Assembly: GCA_965649765.1 (NCBI GenBank) | Contig: OZ287756.1 | Coordinates: 35,588,001 to 35,652,000, forward strand | From: Bispira polyomma | Taxonomy: Eukaryota | Reading direction: 5' to 3' | DNA: 64,000 bases | In this document: positions 13,871-26,574 of the stretch, piece by piece | Layout: the number at the start of each line of letters is the position of its first letter | How positions within the stretch are numbered: position 1 is the first letter of the stretch | Notes under the pieces: generated by a model | Seen by the model: only the letters and a program-made list of their open reading frames with translations | What the model was told of the DNA's origin: nothing | Databases searched by the model: none | Made by a program: the position numbers and the translations under genes

Positions 13871-14773
13871 ATATCTAAGCAACAGTCATAGGGTTTTTGT
13901 ATAGAAGAAAACACGTATTTCCACTTTTATATACAGATCTCAGAGCTTTATAAACTGTTGGAAGTTCTTCAAGTCGATTGACAAAATACATGGAGAGAGA
14001 CACAGAGAGATTACTCTGTCCTCTATTCAATCACCTGTCAGCACACCCTCTCTGGCCTTGTGTCTCAAGCTCTTCTATATCATCAACATGGTCTGTCCTG
14101 CTTGCAGAGTTTTGGGGGGTTTGTTGTAGTTTATATTGGTATCTATCTATATTGCTGTTTGGAAATACAAAAAAGAGTCTAAAACTTTGATAGTTGCCAT
14201 GGAGAGAAAGTATACAATATAGAATTACATAAGATAATATAAATTCTTGATTATAGTGACCAGTACATTTTAATAAATAAATAAGCAAAATGTGTACCCA
14301 GCCCAAATAAAAATATCAAAATAAAACATAAAAAATTGTGTGTCAAATAACCTTTCATTGAGTTACAAAAATTTCAACAGAACATTATTGACTATTTTGT
14401 AGTTAAAATATTAGTACAAATTCGAATTTTCACTGGGAATTAATTTTCACTATTCTAACTCGTAGGTAAAATATATTCTGATACAGGGAAATTTTGAGAC
14501 AAAAATATGAATTGATGGCGGCTCGATGTTAATTTGACTGAACTTAACAGAGAGTCTTAATTACCAAAGTGACAAATATTAGAATAACTAGAACCAATGT
14601 TTACAACAAGTGTTTGTGGTTAAGTTTTATCTGCCACCGTCATGTGTATTGTAATAAAAGTTTTAACTGTCTTGTATTTGAATTTTGAATTTACTTGTTT
14701 TTTTTACGTCGCTTTCAACAGCTCAGATCACATCACAACGACTACATTTAAAAAGTGGAACAAAACCAGTGCT

Positions 14774-15033
14774 GAAGCCACTGAAAACCACCAACATACA
14801 ACAAAGTGAAAGTGGAAGCCACTGTAAACCACCAACATACAACAAAGTGGAAGCCACTGTAAACCACCAACATACAACAAAGTGGAAGCCACTGTAAACC
14901 ACCAGCATACAACAAAGTGGAAGCCACTGAAAACCACCAACATACAACAAAGTGGAAGCCACTGTAAACCACCAACATACAACAAAGTGGAAGCCACTGT
15001 AAACCACCACTATAGACCACCAACATATAACAA
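14774..15033. repeat. Minisatellite, 35 bp x ~7, inside a - strand SINE remnant
   Basis: Unit GAAGCCACTGTAAACCACCAACATACAACAAAGTG. Confidence 0.95.
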
Positions 15034-15141
15034 AGACCTGGCTGAACTAATTGCAGAAAAATAGATGAAAAAGCGATATTAATGGTGTTTAGTAATGTAG
15101 AGGAGAATTCACAGCACTATGACAAAATAGTATGATGTATA

Positions 15142-15360
15142 CTAGAAGGGTACTCAGTAGAGTGTATACCTCCACCAAGGTGCCACAGTGAAAACAATTC
15201 CTGGATCCAACCTTCTGCTACGATCTGCTCTAATATTTAATGGATTATTCCTTGGTCCCATTCTCCAAGAAACTACATCTAAATCAGATTCGTAATTTTT
15301 GTCTCATCTTGTTGACCACTAAACCAATGGACGTAAGCCGAAGGTATTATTCTATGGATG
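15142..15360. mobile_element. Probable non-autonomous Helitron/Helentron-like fragment
   Basis: ACTCAGTAGAG...ACCTC head shared with ~29952-29985, and ACCTCCGCCATGGAGG hairpin at ~50155. TGACCT..AAGGTCA-rich decayed repeats at 6258-6930. The family assignment is by recall only. Confidence 0.4.
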
Positions 15361-15955
15361 TCAGAGGCCACGGTGGCTTAACACTCACTGGGCTATCACT
15401 AATGTATGTTCATATCCTGTTTATTCCTTCATGTGGGAAAGTTTTTCTGGTACTGATCCCAGGTCAGAGGTTTTCAGTGCTTCAAGATTGGTTTCTTCCG
15501 CCATTGTAATATGGCCGAAGCTGTTGAAAGCGATGTAAAACCACCACAATATATAAATATATAAAAGCTATGGATTCCCACCACTATTTTAGACAACTTG
15601 AGCAAGCAACCTTATTTAGACTCTTTCGAAAGTCCATTGCTTAGACATACCCACAAAATGCGAATTTTAACTTTAAAAAATGCAAAAATCCAGCTAAATC
15701 TTTTATCAGGTATGTTTACATTCTATGTTGTCTTGTCTCTAAGAATATATAATTAATAATTATACAGACACGTATTTTGAGATAGTTTTTTGCAACAATT
15801 TTGAAGATACATTTGAGATTAAGGCAGTGTTTTATTGTTTAATAAAATTAACCAAATATGATAGGTTCACAAAAGGTACCTGTATTACACAATTGACTAC
15901 ATCGGAGTTAGTCAGTGGGCTGAAGAAATTATGACACTAGATCCCTTCACAATTA

Positions 15956-16108
15956 NNNNNNNNNNNNNNNNNNNNNNNNNNNNNNNNNNNNNNNNNNNNN
16001 NNNNNNNNNNNNNNNNNNNNNNNNNNNNNNNNNNNNNNNNNNNNNNNNNNNNNNNNNNNNNNNNNNNNNNNNNNNNNNNNNNNNNNNNNNNNNNNNNNNN
16101 NNNNNNNN
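15956..16108. other. Assembly gap (153 N)
   Basis: Run of N. Confidence 1.
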
Positions 16109-18084
16109 AATCATTTCAAGCAAACTTTACAACTTATTGCATTCAAAACAATAATCCTTGCATGATTGTGGTTTTTTGTGTCGGCTTAAATTAAGCGTCA
16201 CATTTTGGTAAAATATTGGCTCATGTTTCAGCCAGTCTAGTACTATCATTTGTCAATTGTAAAGAGTGCTATTACATTAAAAAAATATCAATCAATAGGT
16301 TTCACCCGGTCTGCACTCTTTCTATAACAGGGAAATTAGCAATCTGTCCCCAAAATCTTCACACACACCCCCCCTCCCCCCCACCACACCATCCAAAAAA
16401 AATAATACAAAATAGCAAAACTAAGACATTGGAAAGACAACCATCAGGATTCGTATTCATCACAGGTATTAAACCTAAAGTCATACTTATACCTAAATAG
16501 CAATTACAAGTTCAAAGACACATTTCCTTATTAATAAGAATAACTTACATTTTAAATAAGCTTTCAGTGAGGAGTTCAAATAAGTAGTCAGAATTTAGAT
16601 ATATCTTTTTTGTACACAATTTAAAGATACAAACAGCATATACATATTTTAAGCATTTTTTAAAGATATTCAATAAATCTATGGGCATCTCTGGTGTCAA
16701 ATGTAGATGAAGCCTATTTGTGGCCCTCCAAAGTTGTTTAGTAGAGAAATCTAGTGTGTGAGGTGAATACAAATTGAATACATATGTCATGTGATTCTTT
16801 GTTGTTGTAACATTAACCCCCTAAAAAGATTATACCCCCGGAGTTGTCTTCATCTCTCCTTCCTACACTCTCTGGATCGGTATGGAGCTATGGATCATAG
16901 TTTTAAGGCATGAGACTATTTTGTCTATGTAAATAATGAGATGATGATATAACAAAACTGTTGTCTAATGTGGGTAACCCGTTTGTTTTGAAATACTGGG
17001 TAACCTGTTCGCTTTGGAATGCAGAGGGCCTGGGTTCGATCCCAGCCTTGGCCGACCAAGCTGATACATGGTAACTCGATTATAACTTTTAAAATGGCAG
17101 TTCTCTGTGATTAGTTTTTATGCCCAGTGGTAGACTAAAGAACTTTTGGGGACGATGAGAGATCAATAGTCATCTGTCTTTTGTCAGTCCTGACTGGATA
17201 CGGGACTATATCATCAGGAGACACAATTCAAGAACTTGTGATTATTGTCGACTGATTTTGGAGTTGGCTTAAAATGTGACAGATGGAAAGTACATAGCTA
17301 TAACGTGTACTGAAAATGATAATTTTATATATAATTTAAGTGGTAAGGTGGTTGAAGGATGTTACAGATGAGAATGTGAGCAATTGAATTTTAAACCAAA
17401 TCGTTTTATAAAATAACCAATGTATGAATATAACTGTCAGCTAACTTTGAACCAGGAAGAGGTCAAGTAAAGGTACAGTACAGCATGTATAGAGGGACTG
17501 TTGTGTATCAGAATCAAATGGTTTAATTGGACTGGTGTCCAATGCCCCCCAGTAGCAGTAGCGGTGGATTTCTATATCCAGGAACCAGTCTTACATACAC
17601 TCAGTGTACACACCTGTCTTGAAGGGGACCTCCTTGTGAGGAAAGCAAACCTCCCCACGGGTGGGGATTTGACGGTTTACTGGACAGGCTGCTGCCCCGG
17701 GGGTGTGGGGCTAGAGAGAAAGAGAGATGGGGTGGGAGGGACAACTCAACCCCTACCCCCTGGAGGTGATGGGCATCCATTTAGATTACAACTGACAACT
17801 ACTGCACTATTACCATCACCCATGGTATTGATGTGTTAGCCTTGCCCCAAGCTCCAGCTTTATGTCCAGTTTACTTTATTCTTAGTGTAGCTGCCCCCTG
17901 TGGCCTAGTGGGTAACACACTCGCTTTTGAACACAGAGGACTTGGGTAAGATCCCTGTGTTGGGTCATATACAGGCAGATACACAGTAGCTTCAATGTTA
18001 TTATATCCCTGACTACCACTTTCACAGCAGCTAAATACTGACAAGAAGTAGATGTATTTCTGACATGGAAAGATCTTCACATCG

Positions 18085-18470
18085 TTGTTTTGTATTTTGC
18101 ATTTTTAATGCACATTATTGATGCAAGCATTTTCTAAACCACACCAACAGAATCAATTAACCAATAGAGAAGTGCAAAAAAAAAACATAGCCACGTCATC
18201 AGGAAATCTTTGGGTGTACATAGAAGGAATTAGGGTGCTAAGCAAGTTTGAAAACATAGGTTTAGTTAAACCCATACAGTGTTTCTAGTGATCTGAGCTC
18301 AACTGGGAGACTATTTTCCATAAAATAGGGCCATTGATGGAGAAAGATCTAGATCCTGTCATCTTGGTGGGTATAACAGAGGAAAGAGAACCTCTCCTGA
18401 GGTCACTGGAGGGAAGACGAGTAGCAAAGTCGGAGGGCTGTTGAGAGACAACAGCTTTGAAAGTTGTATG
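18085..18470 (-). mobile_element. Degenerate L2-like LINE 3' end
   Basis: Same family motifs as the neighbouring copies. Shorter 3'-tail-only copies at ~25975-26060(-), 41890-42020(+), 47895-47985(-). Confidence 0.7.
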
Positions 18471-18724
18471 AGTAACTTATGGTTATCAAATGTATACATA
18501 TTTGGAACTGTGTAATTGTATTTATTAGTTTGTTTTTTTTAAAGTTGCCTAGCGTCTTAGCCTGGTCAAGGCTGAAAAATAGACAGAAACCAAAACTCTA
18601 ATATGTTTAGAAAAGAATGGAAAAAGGGTTTTATTTACAATAACGTACTAATATATGATATCTGTATGTACTGCAAAGTGGATTCTACACTGGTAAATCA
18701 GAGTACATTGTGAGCTATATGAGT

Positions 18725-19250
18725 ATTGTATTGTATTGTACATTTTTAACGCGCCTTATTAATGCTAGGCATCTTCTAAGGCGCAACATCAGAATCAGTC
18801 AGCCAATAGAAAAATGGAAAAACACAGCCAGGTCGTAAGGATGGATGCGTGAGCACCAGGGAGAGGACTACGGCGGATAGGCGAGCCCTAAAAGATAGGT
18901 TTTAAGCTTTTTCCTAAAACCCGAAAGTGTTTCAAGCAGTCTAAGTTCAGCTGGAAGACTGTTCCATAACATAAGGGCGGTGGCCGAGAAGGTTCTAGAT
19001 CAAACCCTCTTGGTGGGTTTTTTTTCCCCTTTTTAAGGCTGCTGAAGGAGAGTTTAGTAGCAAGGTAGTAAAGCTGTTGAGAGACAACAGCTTTAAAGAT
19101 TGTTACGTGCATTTTAAACAGGATTCGATAGTGACTAGGAAGCCAGTGAAGTTTATTAAGGTATGGAGTGACATCAGTGTGGCTTCCCAAACAAAAGACT
19201 CTACATAGATAGTTTTGAATGGACTGCAACAGTGAATATTTACTCACCAA
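18725..19250 (-). mobile_element. 5'-truncated L2-like LINE
   Basis: LQSIQNYLCRVF..HTDVTPYLNKLHWLPSHYRILFK, with the same 3' end as 24251-24690. Confidence 0.85.
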
Positions 19251-19289
19251 ATTTTAAACCAATCCATATCTTTATTGTATATACAAGAG

Positions 19290-19547
19290 GGGGGCCGCGG
19301 TGGCCTAGTGGTTAGCAAGCATTGTGCTTCACAATCACTGGTCTCTCACCTCTGTGCGACGTGAGATCGAATCCCATCGATGCCTATGTGGGAAAGGTGG
19401 TAGTTCCTTACTGTGGGCCGCTGGTTTCAGTGCAGAACCTTGACCGACTGTATGCAGTGTTTCCTCCAGCGTTTCCAACTACCCGTCCCAATATAACCTA
19501 CTAAAAGGTACTAGAGTGGACATTAAATATCCAAATTCAAATTCAAA
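19290..19547 (+). mobile_element. Full-length tRNA-derived SINE (family A)
   Basis: Near-identical to 62052-62309. 14-bp TSD TGTATATACAAGAG at 19276-19289 and 19548-19561. Confidence 0.93.
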
Positions 19548-21369
19548 TGTATATACAAGAGCCTTAAGAGGCTTAAGAAAGACTATTGTAAGTGTCAGTG
19601 CTGGAGGGGTACCATGCTTCAGATAGGGTGTGAATCACTGGATACAGAGGTGTAAATCTTTACACATTAACCACCTTTTTAGCTTGAAACTTAAACTCAT
19701 TTACGCCCAAACTGTATACAGAAATGAAATGCTAGGTAACCTTTGTTCTCAAGTTTATATGTAGTACAATATATCAAGGGTTTACATTATAATAAGGTAT
19801 ATGTACACATGTTTTATTTTTGTATATGATATCCGATTTAGTAAATATAATTCTGAGTGACACTGGTTTGTAAAGTAAAACAATATGACACTTGTACCTA
19901 CATTTGATCAATTTTATCAGACACTTCCTGGCAGTTCACTATATTAGTACAATAATTCATTACATAATATTTTTATACAAATGAAAAAACATTCTTACTT
20001 TCCATATAAACTTTAACAAATGTTTTAAAATTCAAATTTAGTATTCACAATTAACTAAAGTCTCAACTGTAATGACGTATTACACTGCTTAGTAATCCAT
20101 ACACCACAGAGAAGTGGTGAGCCTTCTAAAACCCTTCCCCTCTTACCCCCCCACCCCCCACCCCCTTTACACCCCCTTACCCCCAGGGTTCTGGGTCCCT
20201 GGGGTGTGGTGAGTTGGATACAGGGGGAGGTACATCACCACATGGTGTTATCTCATCAAAAATGATGGCCTCATTGTGAAGCCCAAACTATCAGTGGCTT
20301 ATCTAGGGAGGGGTTTTGTGGAAGGGCTCTGGACACAAACAGGGGTTTCAGAGGGGTTATTTGCCGTTATCTTTTGTTGAAGAAAAAAAAACATTTATCA
20401 ATACAAAAACAAAGATGTGATAGTTAAGATTTGTTATTTTGAAGAATTATTTTCTGCAATGCATAATTATTTGTCAACTGATTTAAGAACTGCTTGCCAT
20501 AATTTTATTTTATTTTTGTTTAAGTTGGTCCAGAAAATACACAGGAATGTTTACTTAGTTACATACAAATTTGTGTGCCAGATCAACCTAGCCCAAATGG
20601 AAATGAATTTAGTTTTTTAGTTGGGATTTACATCACCTTTTAACAGCTTCGGTCATATCACAAAATGGCAGAAAAGACCTAGGTACCTGACAAACTTCCC
20701 ATTTGAAGGAACAAATAGGATTCAAAACCCTTTTGGTGACCCCTTGAGTGGAAATGAGTGAAAAGGCAGATTTATAGCCCTTCAAACCAGAAAATGGACA
20801 CAACTAAGCACGACTCTGGCAATTTATAGGTTGTGAATGTATTAACAATTAAAGCATCAAATTGGGCTTGGCATATATTTCTGTATTCATTGATAACTCG
20901 CTAAGGATGAAAAGGTTCAAGAATTGTCTTCTTTGTTTTTTGTTAGTTTTTTTTATCATCCCAGCACACATAGAAATATTTTGAAAATCACAACACAAAA
21001 AAAGGTAATTTACGTTTATTCAAAAAAGGGACATAGCTGTATATGGTTTTCATGAGTATTGGCCTGTGTATGCATTCAAATGTTTAAAATTCAGTGCATT
21101 TTGAATGAGCCATTTAGAAATTACTAGCTTCTAAAAAAAGAAAACTCCTACATACAGTATAGAAGTTAATTATTAAATCTCTCATGGTAAACATTTCCCA
21201 CCAAAACCTACACTAACAAATAAATTAACAAATAACATCTAACTCTAAATCTACCATACATCTATATATATTTGACACGTATTTCCCACTCCCTTGTCTA
21301 CAAATATTCTCACACAAAAACGAAACTCATGTCAAGAGCCTTCTCTTGCTTCTCTGATTATTTCTACGG

Positions 21370-21495
21370 AAAAATTCTCCAATGAAACGGCCGCCCGTCA
21401 GCCAATGGAATAGACTGTTACTTATTTCATCTCTGTGAGATGCTAACACCAGAAGTAGCATTGAAGCTGTGTGGTTCTAGCTCCGCCCCCTCAAT
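21370..21495 (+). promoter_or_regulatory. Candidate distal promoter (two CCAAT boxes and a GC box)
   Basis: CCAAT at 21379 and 21402 (AGCCAATGG), CTCCGCCCCC at 21481-21490, and local CpG enrichment in a CpG-poor background. Confidence 0.4.
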
Positions 21496-21977
21496 TTTTT
21501 TGGCAAGACCCCTGTGTGTGTGTTTGTGTGTAACTTTAGGTAACCTCCCTTCACACACAGAAAACCCCAGGTATTTTCACTCACTAAATATGTTACATAC
21601 AGCAAGTTTTGGGTTTGTGTGTATGTGTTGTATGTAGAAAACTTCTGTTAAATGGGACTGGCTTCTCTTTTGTGTATGAAATGTTAATTAGCGTGAACTT
21701 TTGTGGAGACTTGACTTGACTAGAAAAAGTGATTGTAAGCCTCAAGCAATCCACGTTGTTTGTGTGTTAAAGAAATATTGGTGTGTTTTTTTTTACCACT
21801 TAAAAGCTAAACAAACTAGTATGATATGGTAATGTAACATTTTGACACAAAGTTCTCTAGTTTTCAAAGGGATTATTTCTGTGTTAAACGTACCTTGTCA
21901 TTTCCATTGTGATAACAAAAGTGTCCAAACAAGGAAGTACTACATGTCTTTACATTGTCGTCAACGCGGGAAAGAAC

Positions 21978-21989
21978 ATGGAACCCTGG
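21978..21989 (+). CDS. Candidate alternative first coding micro-segment (MEPW) of Lhx2/9
   Basis: aacATGG in good Kozak context, then a consensus donor TGG|GTAAGT at 21990. Phase 0 fits the LIM1 exon acceptor. A promoter-like motif cluster lies ~500 bp upstream. Confidence 0.45.
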
Positions 21990-21999
21990 GTAAGTTCTT

Positions 22000-22014
22000 G
22001 TGACGTCACTTCCG
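22000..22014 (-). promoter_or_regulatory. Overlapping ETS-CRE composite motif
   Basis: GTGACGTCACTTCCG is the reverse complement of CGGAAGTGACGTCAC. It lies 10 bp after the candidate donor at 21990. Confidence 0.4.
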
Positions 22015-22870
22015 TGTTTTTTTAATGAACCCTGTCAAAAGTAAATATTCCTTGCTTTCTTATGACTTTATATGGTAAATATTATCTAAGTAGGATTAGT
22101 TAAGGTTAGGATAACTTAAGCATTCTCCAAATTGAGCAAAAGAAACAAAAACTTTGTGATTGGCATACTAATTTTATTTCTAACAAGATTGTATTTAAAT
22201 AAAATTGGTTATAAGATTTAAATAGACGTGGTTTGAAATTCTGCTTGCTAGTCATTTTACTCGCTGCTTACTCCCTCAAAACAATTGTTTTTGCCATACC
22301 TCTAGAGCTAGCGTTTCATTTGTTTAGTAGTCCAGCAGTTTCTTGTATAGTTAAATCCTCTGTACAGTCAATTAATCCCTTCAATCACCTGCCTAAATGG
22401 TTTAAGAAATACACGTGCAGTTTTGTTGTTTTTCTATTCAAATAATCATATTATGTAGAGAGGGCTTAGTACTCTGGTTCAGTCAAACTTATGTTGTAAT
22501 AAAAGTCAGAAAATAACTTTCCCTCTTATCCTTTAGTCCTCATGGCCTTGGCTTTACTATGACCTTGTGGTTATTTTGTATCCTAAACTCAACACCACAG
22601 TATGTTAGCAGTGTACTTTTTGTTGATTGGCCTATCCTTTAACTTATCTTGTTATTTAACTTTAGCTACTGGCCTAAAGCTAATTATAATTGGTCAAGTG
22701 GTAAATGGATGTAACGGTTTTAAAGTTTAAGAATACCTTGGTATTTACAAACCCCCTGTAGAAGTTGATGAACTTTTGGCATTTTTGGCCATTGATTAAA
22801 ATTTATATATTTTTGAATACCCACTCCCACAATATTTCTATTTAAAGTGAAACACCTCCTTGATATAAAC

Positions 22871-22875
<5 letters not shown>

Positions 22876-22942
<67 letters not shown>
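22876..22942. repeat. (TA)n microsatellite, ~33 units
   Basis: Directly visible. Confidence 0.99.
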
Positions 22943-22944
<2 letters not shown>

Positions 22945-24250
22945 TTGAAAATATAAACAGGTAAGAAAACATTTAATCATTTGTGGTGAGTTACTGACCT
23001 ATAGTAAGGAGGGTTGTCATACACTTTGTGTCGCTGGTTACATCCAAAGAAATACATTTGTCTTAGCTAACACAATTTAAAGGGCCCACTTTCCTCTGTT
23101 TCAAACAAATTCAATTCTTTATCTATTTTACAATTGTTTTTTTTTTTTAGGTTTGTGACTTTTTCGTTTCTATATAAAGCAACCAAAGTACAACGCCGAT
23201 TACAAATATTTCGGGGTAAATACGGACATACCTAACACGTGTTTTAGTCAGCACCCTTTGGCGCCTTTTAACACCTTAGACTGTACTAGTTAATTTATTT
23301 TAAAAAAACATCACATGAGCATCAGCAAACTACGTGTGTTATTAAAGTGTTTCACCTGATAATGCTGTTCAAAAGGGGGTCAATCTTGGACCTTATTTCT
23401 TTGGTCGTAAAAAAACTTGGGTATATGGAAATTGGCGTCGGATGTTAGTTGTAATATTTATGGACGGCAATGAGTTGTATTGTTGGAGAGCCGTTTATTA
23501 TGGGTTTATATTATATTATTTGAAGCTTTGTAAAAGTTTGGAAAGCACAGAAATAAAACTATTATTTTAATAACTTAATTTACATACTATTTGATGTTGA
23601 TATCCCACTAAAAAGACATATTAACTGTACAGTTGGCAGCATTAATTTGGCACTAATGTGAATATTTCATAGCAATAAAAATGTATGTCCATATCATATC
23701 ATGTCCATATCATATCAGAGATCTTATCTATTATCTAAATACTTCTTTTGTCTGGAAAAGAAGAGATTCGTTGTTTATTGTATTTATTTACTGTATGACA
23801 GATAAACTTATAATTGGTACTAAGTAATTGTAATACAGTAAAATTATCTACCGAAATGGGAATTATCTTTTAAAATTCATCTTCTCAAAGACAATAGATG
23901 ACAAAATATTACCATTTCATTCAGTAATATTATTTATCTGAATACTAGACTAAGTAAAGTAAACTTTAGTTTTTAATATTTATATTTGAACTTGGGGTTA
24001 GCCCCTTTTAATCTTTACATACATCTTTACATACATATATAAATTGTAGTTTGCTGTTGTAAACAAATCTACTAAAATGCCCTATATTATCATGCGATTG
24101 ATCCAATTTTTTCGGTAGTGAATAAATTGCAAATATTATATTGTCTTTCACTTCTGTGCTGAAATTCACAAGAAGTTTTGAAGTGAAACTTAGTCTCAAA
24201 CTCAGATATATAATGTTTTTATTTTGAGTTTAAAACCTATGTACGAGTTT

Positions 24251-24690
24251 ATTGCCCATTAACTCTCGTATTTTGTTTAAGATTCACGTTAATACTTTTA
24301 AGGCTGTAGTCACTCAACAGCCACCCTACCTTGCCTCCCTTCTTTCCTTTAGTAACCGCAAGAGAGGCAACAGACTCCCTGTCACTTCGGTCAGACTAAT
24401 CAGAAAGGCAGGATTCACAGCGTTCTCCACTGCAGCTCCACAGTTATGGAACAGTCTCCCAGTCGACCTCAGATCAGTTGACACACTTATCGGTTTTAGG
24501 AAGAAGCTTAAACCCTATCTTTTTAATCTTGCCAACCCACCTTAGCTTTCCTCGTGCACGCTTCCACTTCCTTCCTTACGACTTTGCAATGTCCATGGGC
24601 TTCATGATTGGATCACTGATTCTGCTGTTGCGCTTTAGAAGATGCCTAGCATCAATAAAGCGCGTTAAAAATTTATAATAATAATAATAA
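24251..24690 (+). mobile_element. 5'-truncated L2/CR1-group LINE (ORF2 C-terminus, 3' UTR, (TAA)n tail)
   Basis: LPINSRILFKIHVNTFKA..PPYL...AFSTAAPQLWNSLPVDLRS...FRKKLKPYLF is a typical L2 ORF2 end. 3' end GCGCTTTAGAAGATGCCTAGCATCAATAAAGCGCG. Confidence 0.85.
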
Positions 24691-26166
24691 ATATACTCAA
24701 ACTTAATTTTAATCCCTAGTCACAATATCAGCACAGACTCAAATGTAAAAATACCCTAAATTTAGGGATTATATTTAAATCTTTAATAATAGAGTTCTCT
24801 TAAATAAGTTGAGATTAAGTTTTGAGTCTAAGTCTACGTTTCCACAAGTCTCATCTGGCGATGTACTATATCGTACCATTTGCGATAAATATTTGCAGTT
24901 TGTGTCTCTGTAAGTGCGATTCGGTAGGGATGACAAGACTTTTAATACTGTTAATATTGTTGAGAATATCACTTCCATGCGTTTGTTGTGTCCGATGCAA
25001 AAATTTCCGCTCCAGGAGAAAAAAACATTTGTCGCAATCGCAATAGTATGATGGGTGATGTGTGTGTGGAGACAGTTGTATATAATTTATAAGGAGCAAA
25101 CGAATCGCAAATTGTACATGGTATGGCGAAAATAGTACTTGTGGAGATGTACAATAAGACTTTTTGTGAGTACCTGCTCTTGAGTCACACATTTATAATA
25201 TTGGTAGGTTTTTGGAATTGTTTTTAAAACTGACAACATGTCATGCAATACTAACCATAATACTTCAAGCTACAATTTCAATCAAGTAGGGAGGTATTTT
25301 TTTCTACATCACAAAAAAGTCAATTTAAATGAGTAGCTTAATTTAGAGGAAGCAGGGAATTAAAACCTTGACTTACAGACCGTGTATGAGTGGGGAGATG
25401 TAGAGGGGAGGAAGGGGGGGGGGGGGCATACATCCCTGTACCGACTGGACTCATGAACGGAAAAGCTAAATTTAACAGTAAATTAATCTGCGTGTATTTA
25501 GTGATTAACTCCAGTAAACGTTCAATTGACCATGTTTAAAAAACAAAAGGTTACATAGTTCATTTTGGTGGTGAAATTCATGGACGTTTTAAAGGATGGT
25601 CTTAATTTACCATAAAATAACTAAAATTAGCTGTGTGCTCATATCCTGATACATTTAAATTTGGGTAATTAAAATGTCGGACCTCCAACAGCATGCTTTT
25701 TCTTTTTTGGGTGGCTAAATGATGAAAATAAGGCATTGATTACCTACAAGCCATGACAAGTTGTTTTACCATACAATATTGATACATAATGTGTTTCAGA
25801 GATATTTAAATATGTGGTTCACAGGTATAACTACATGTTATTTTACTTATCATAAAGAACAAGATATATTTGTAAAGCACAGTTATACATATTTCAAATT
25901 ACTTTTTGGTCATCTGTCTTTATTATCTATTTGCCGTCTTTGTTTAAGTTATTATATAATCCCATAGTATACTATGTATTATGTATTGGATTTTTGATTT
26001 TTAACGGGCCTTATCGACATCAGGCACCTTCTAAAATGCAACATCAGAATGGATAAGCCAGTAATCATGATCCTAATACATTGGCTATTTGTATTCACCT
26101 GTAGCCAATGGCATGTCCATATCTTGCCGAGGGATGTTAACCCCAATGAGCATTATCGTGTTACCA

Positions 26167-26316
26167 GGAGTCAAACCAGGGCCCCTCTGATGACCAGACT
26201 AACTCCCTGCCTGGGAGTCAAACCAGGGCCCCTCTGATGGCCAGACCAATTCCCTACCTGGGAGTCAAACCAGGGTCTTTCTGATGACCAGACCAACATC
26301 CTTACCACTAAACCAC
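26167..26316. repeat. Minisatellite, 47 bp x 3, derived from a tRNA-like SINE head
   Basis: GGAGTCAAACCAGGG at 26167, 26214 and 26261. Confidence 0.9.
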
Positions 26317-26574
26317 ATGAAATCACAATGTATGAATATTGAGTATAACACTGAACATAGTGGTTATTTGATTGTTTTAGGACAGATGGGTTCGAAGTCG
26401 CACTTAATGGCCAAGTTGAACTTTTTAAACATAAATCCTAATGTTCTAACATGCTCATTTGATGAGTATAAGGATATTGATACTGGAATAAAACGGGCTA
26501 TAGTTTACAACACAAAGTAAGAAAAGGGTCAACATATCTGTTAGTTCAAAAATGAAAACTATCTGGCACAGATT

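Noticed and set aside
13511-13914. Repetitive ORFs on both strands (SEPQKDH.. / CPGSHTCHP..)
   Set aside because: By-products of the 51-bp minisatellite; frameshift in unit 3 and no convincing splice or start context.
14685-15064. Hydrophobic 'membrane protein' ORFs; possible CRISPR-like repeat
   Set aside because: Translation of a 35-bp head-to-tail repeat with no unique spacers; eukaryotic context and no cas genes.
19290-19385. tRNA gene
   Set aside because: A/B boxes belong to a SINE head followed by a core, tail and TSDs; no complete cloverleaf.
22720-22980. ORF with a YI dipeptide run
   Set aside because: (TA)n microsatellite.
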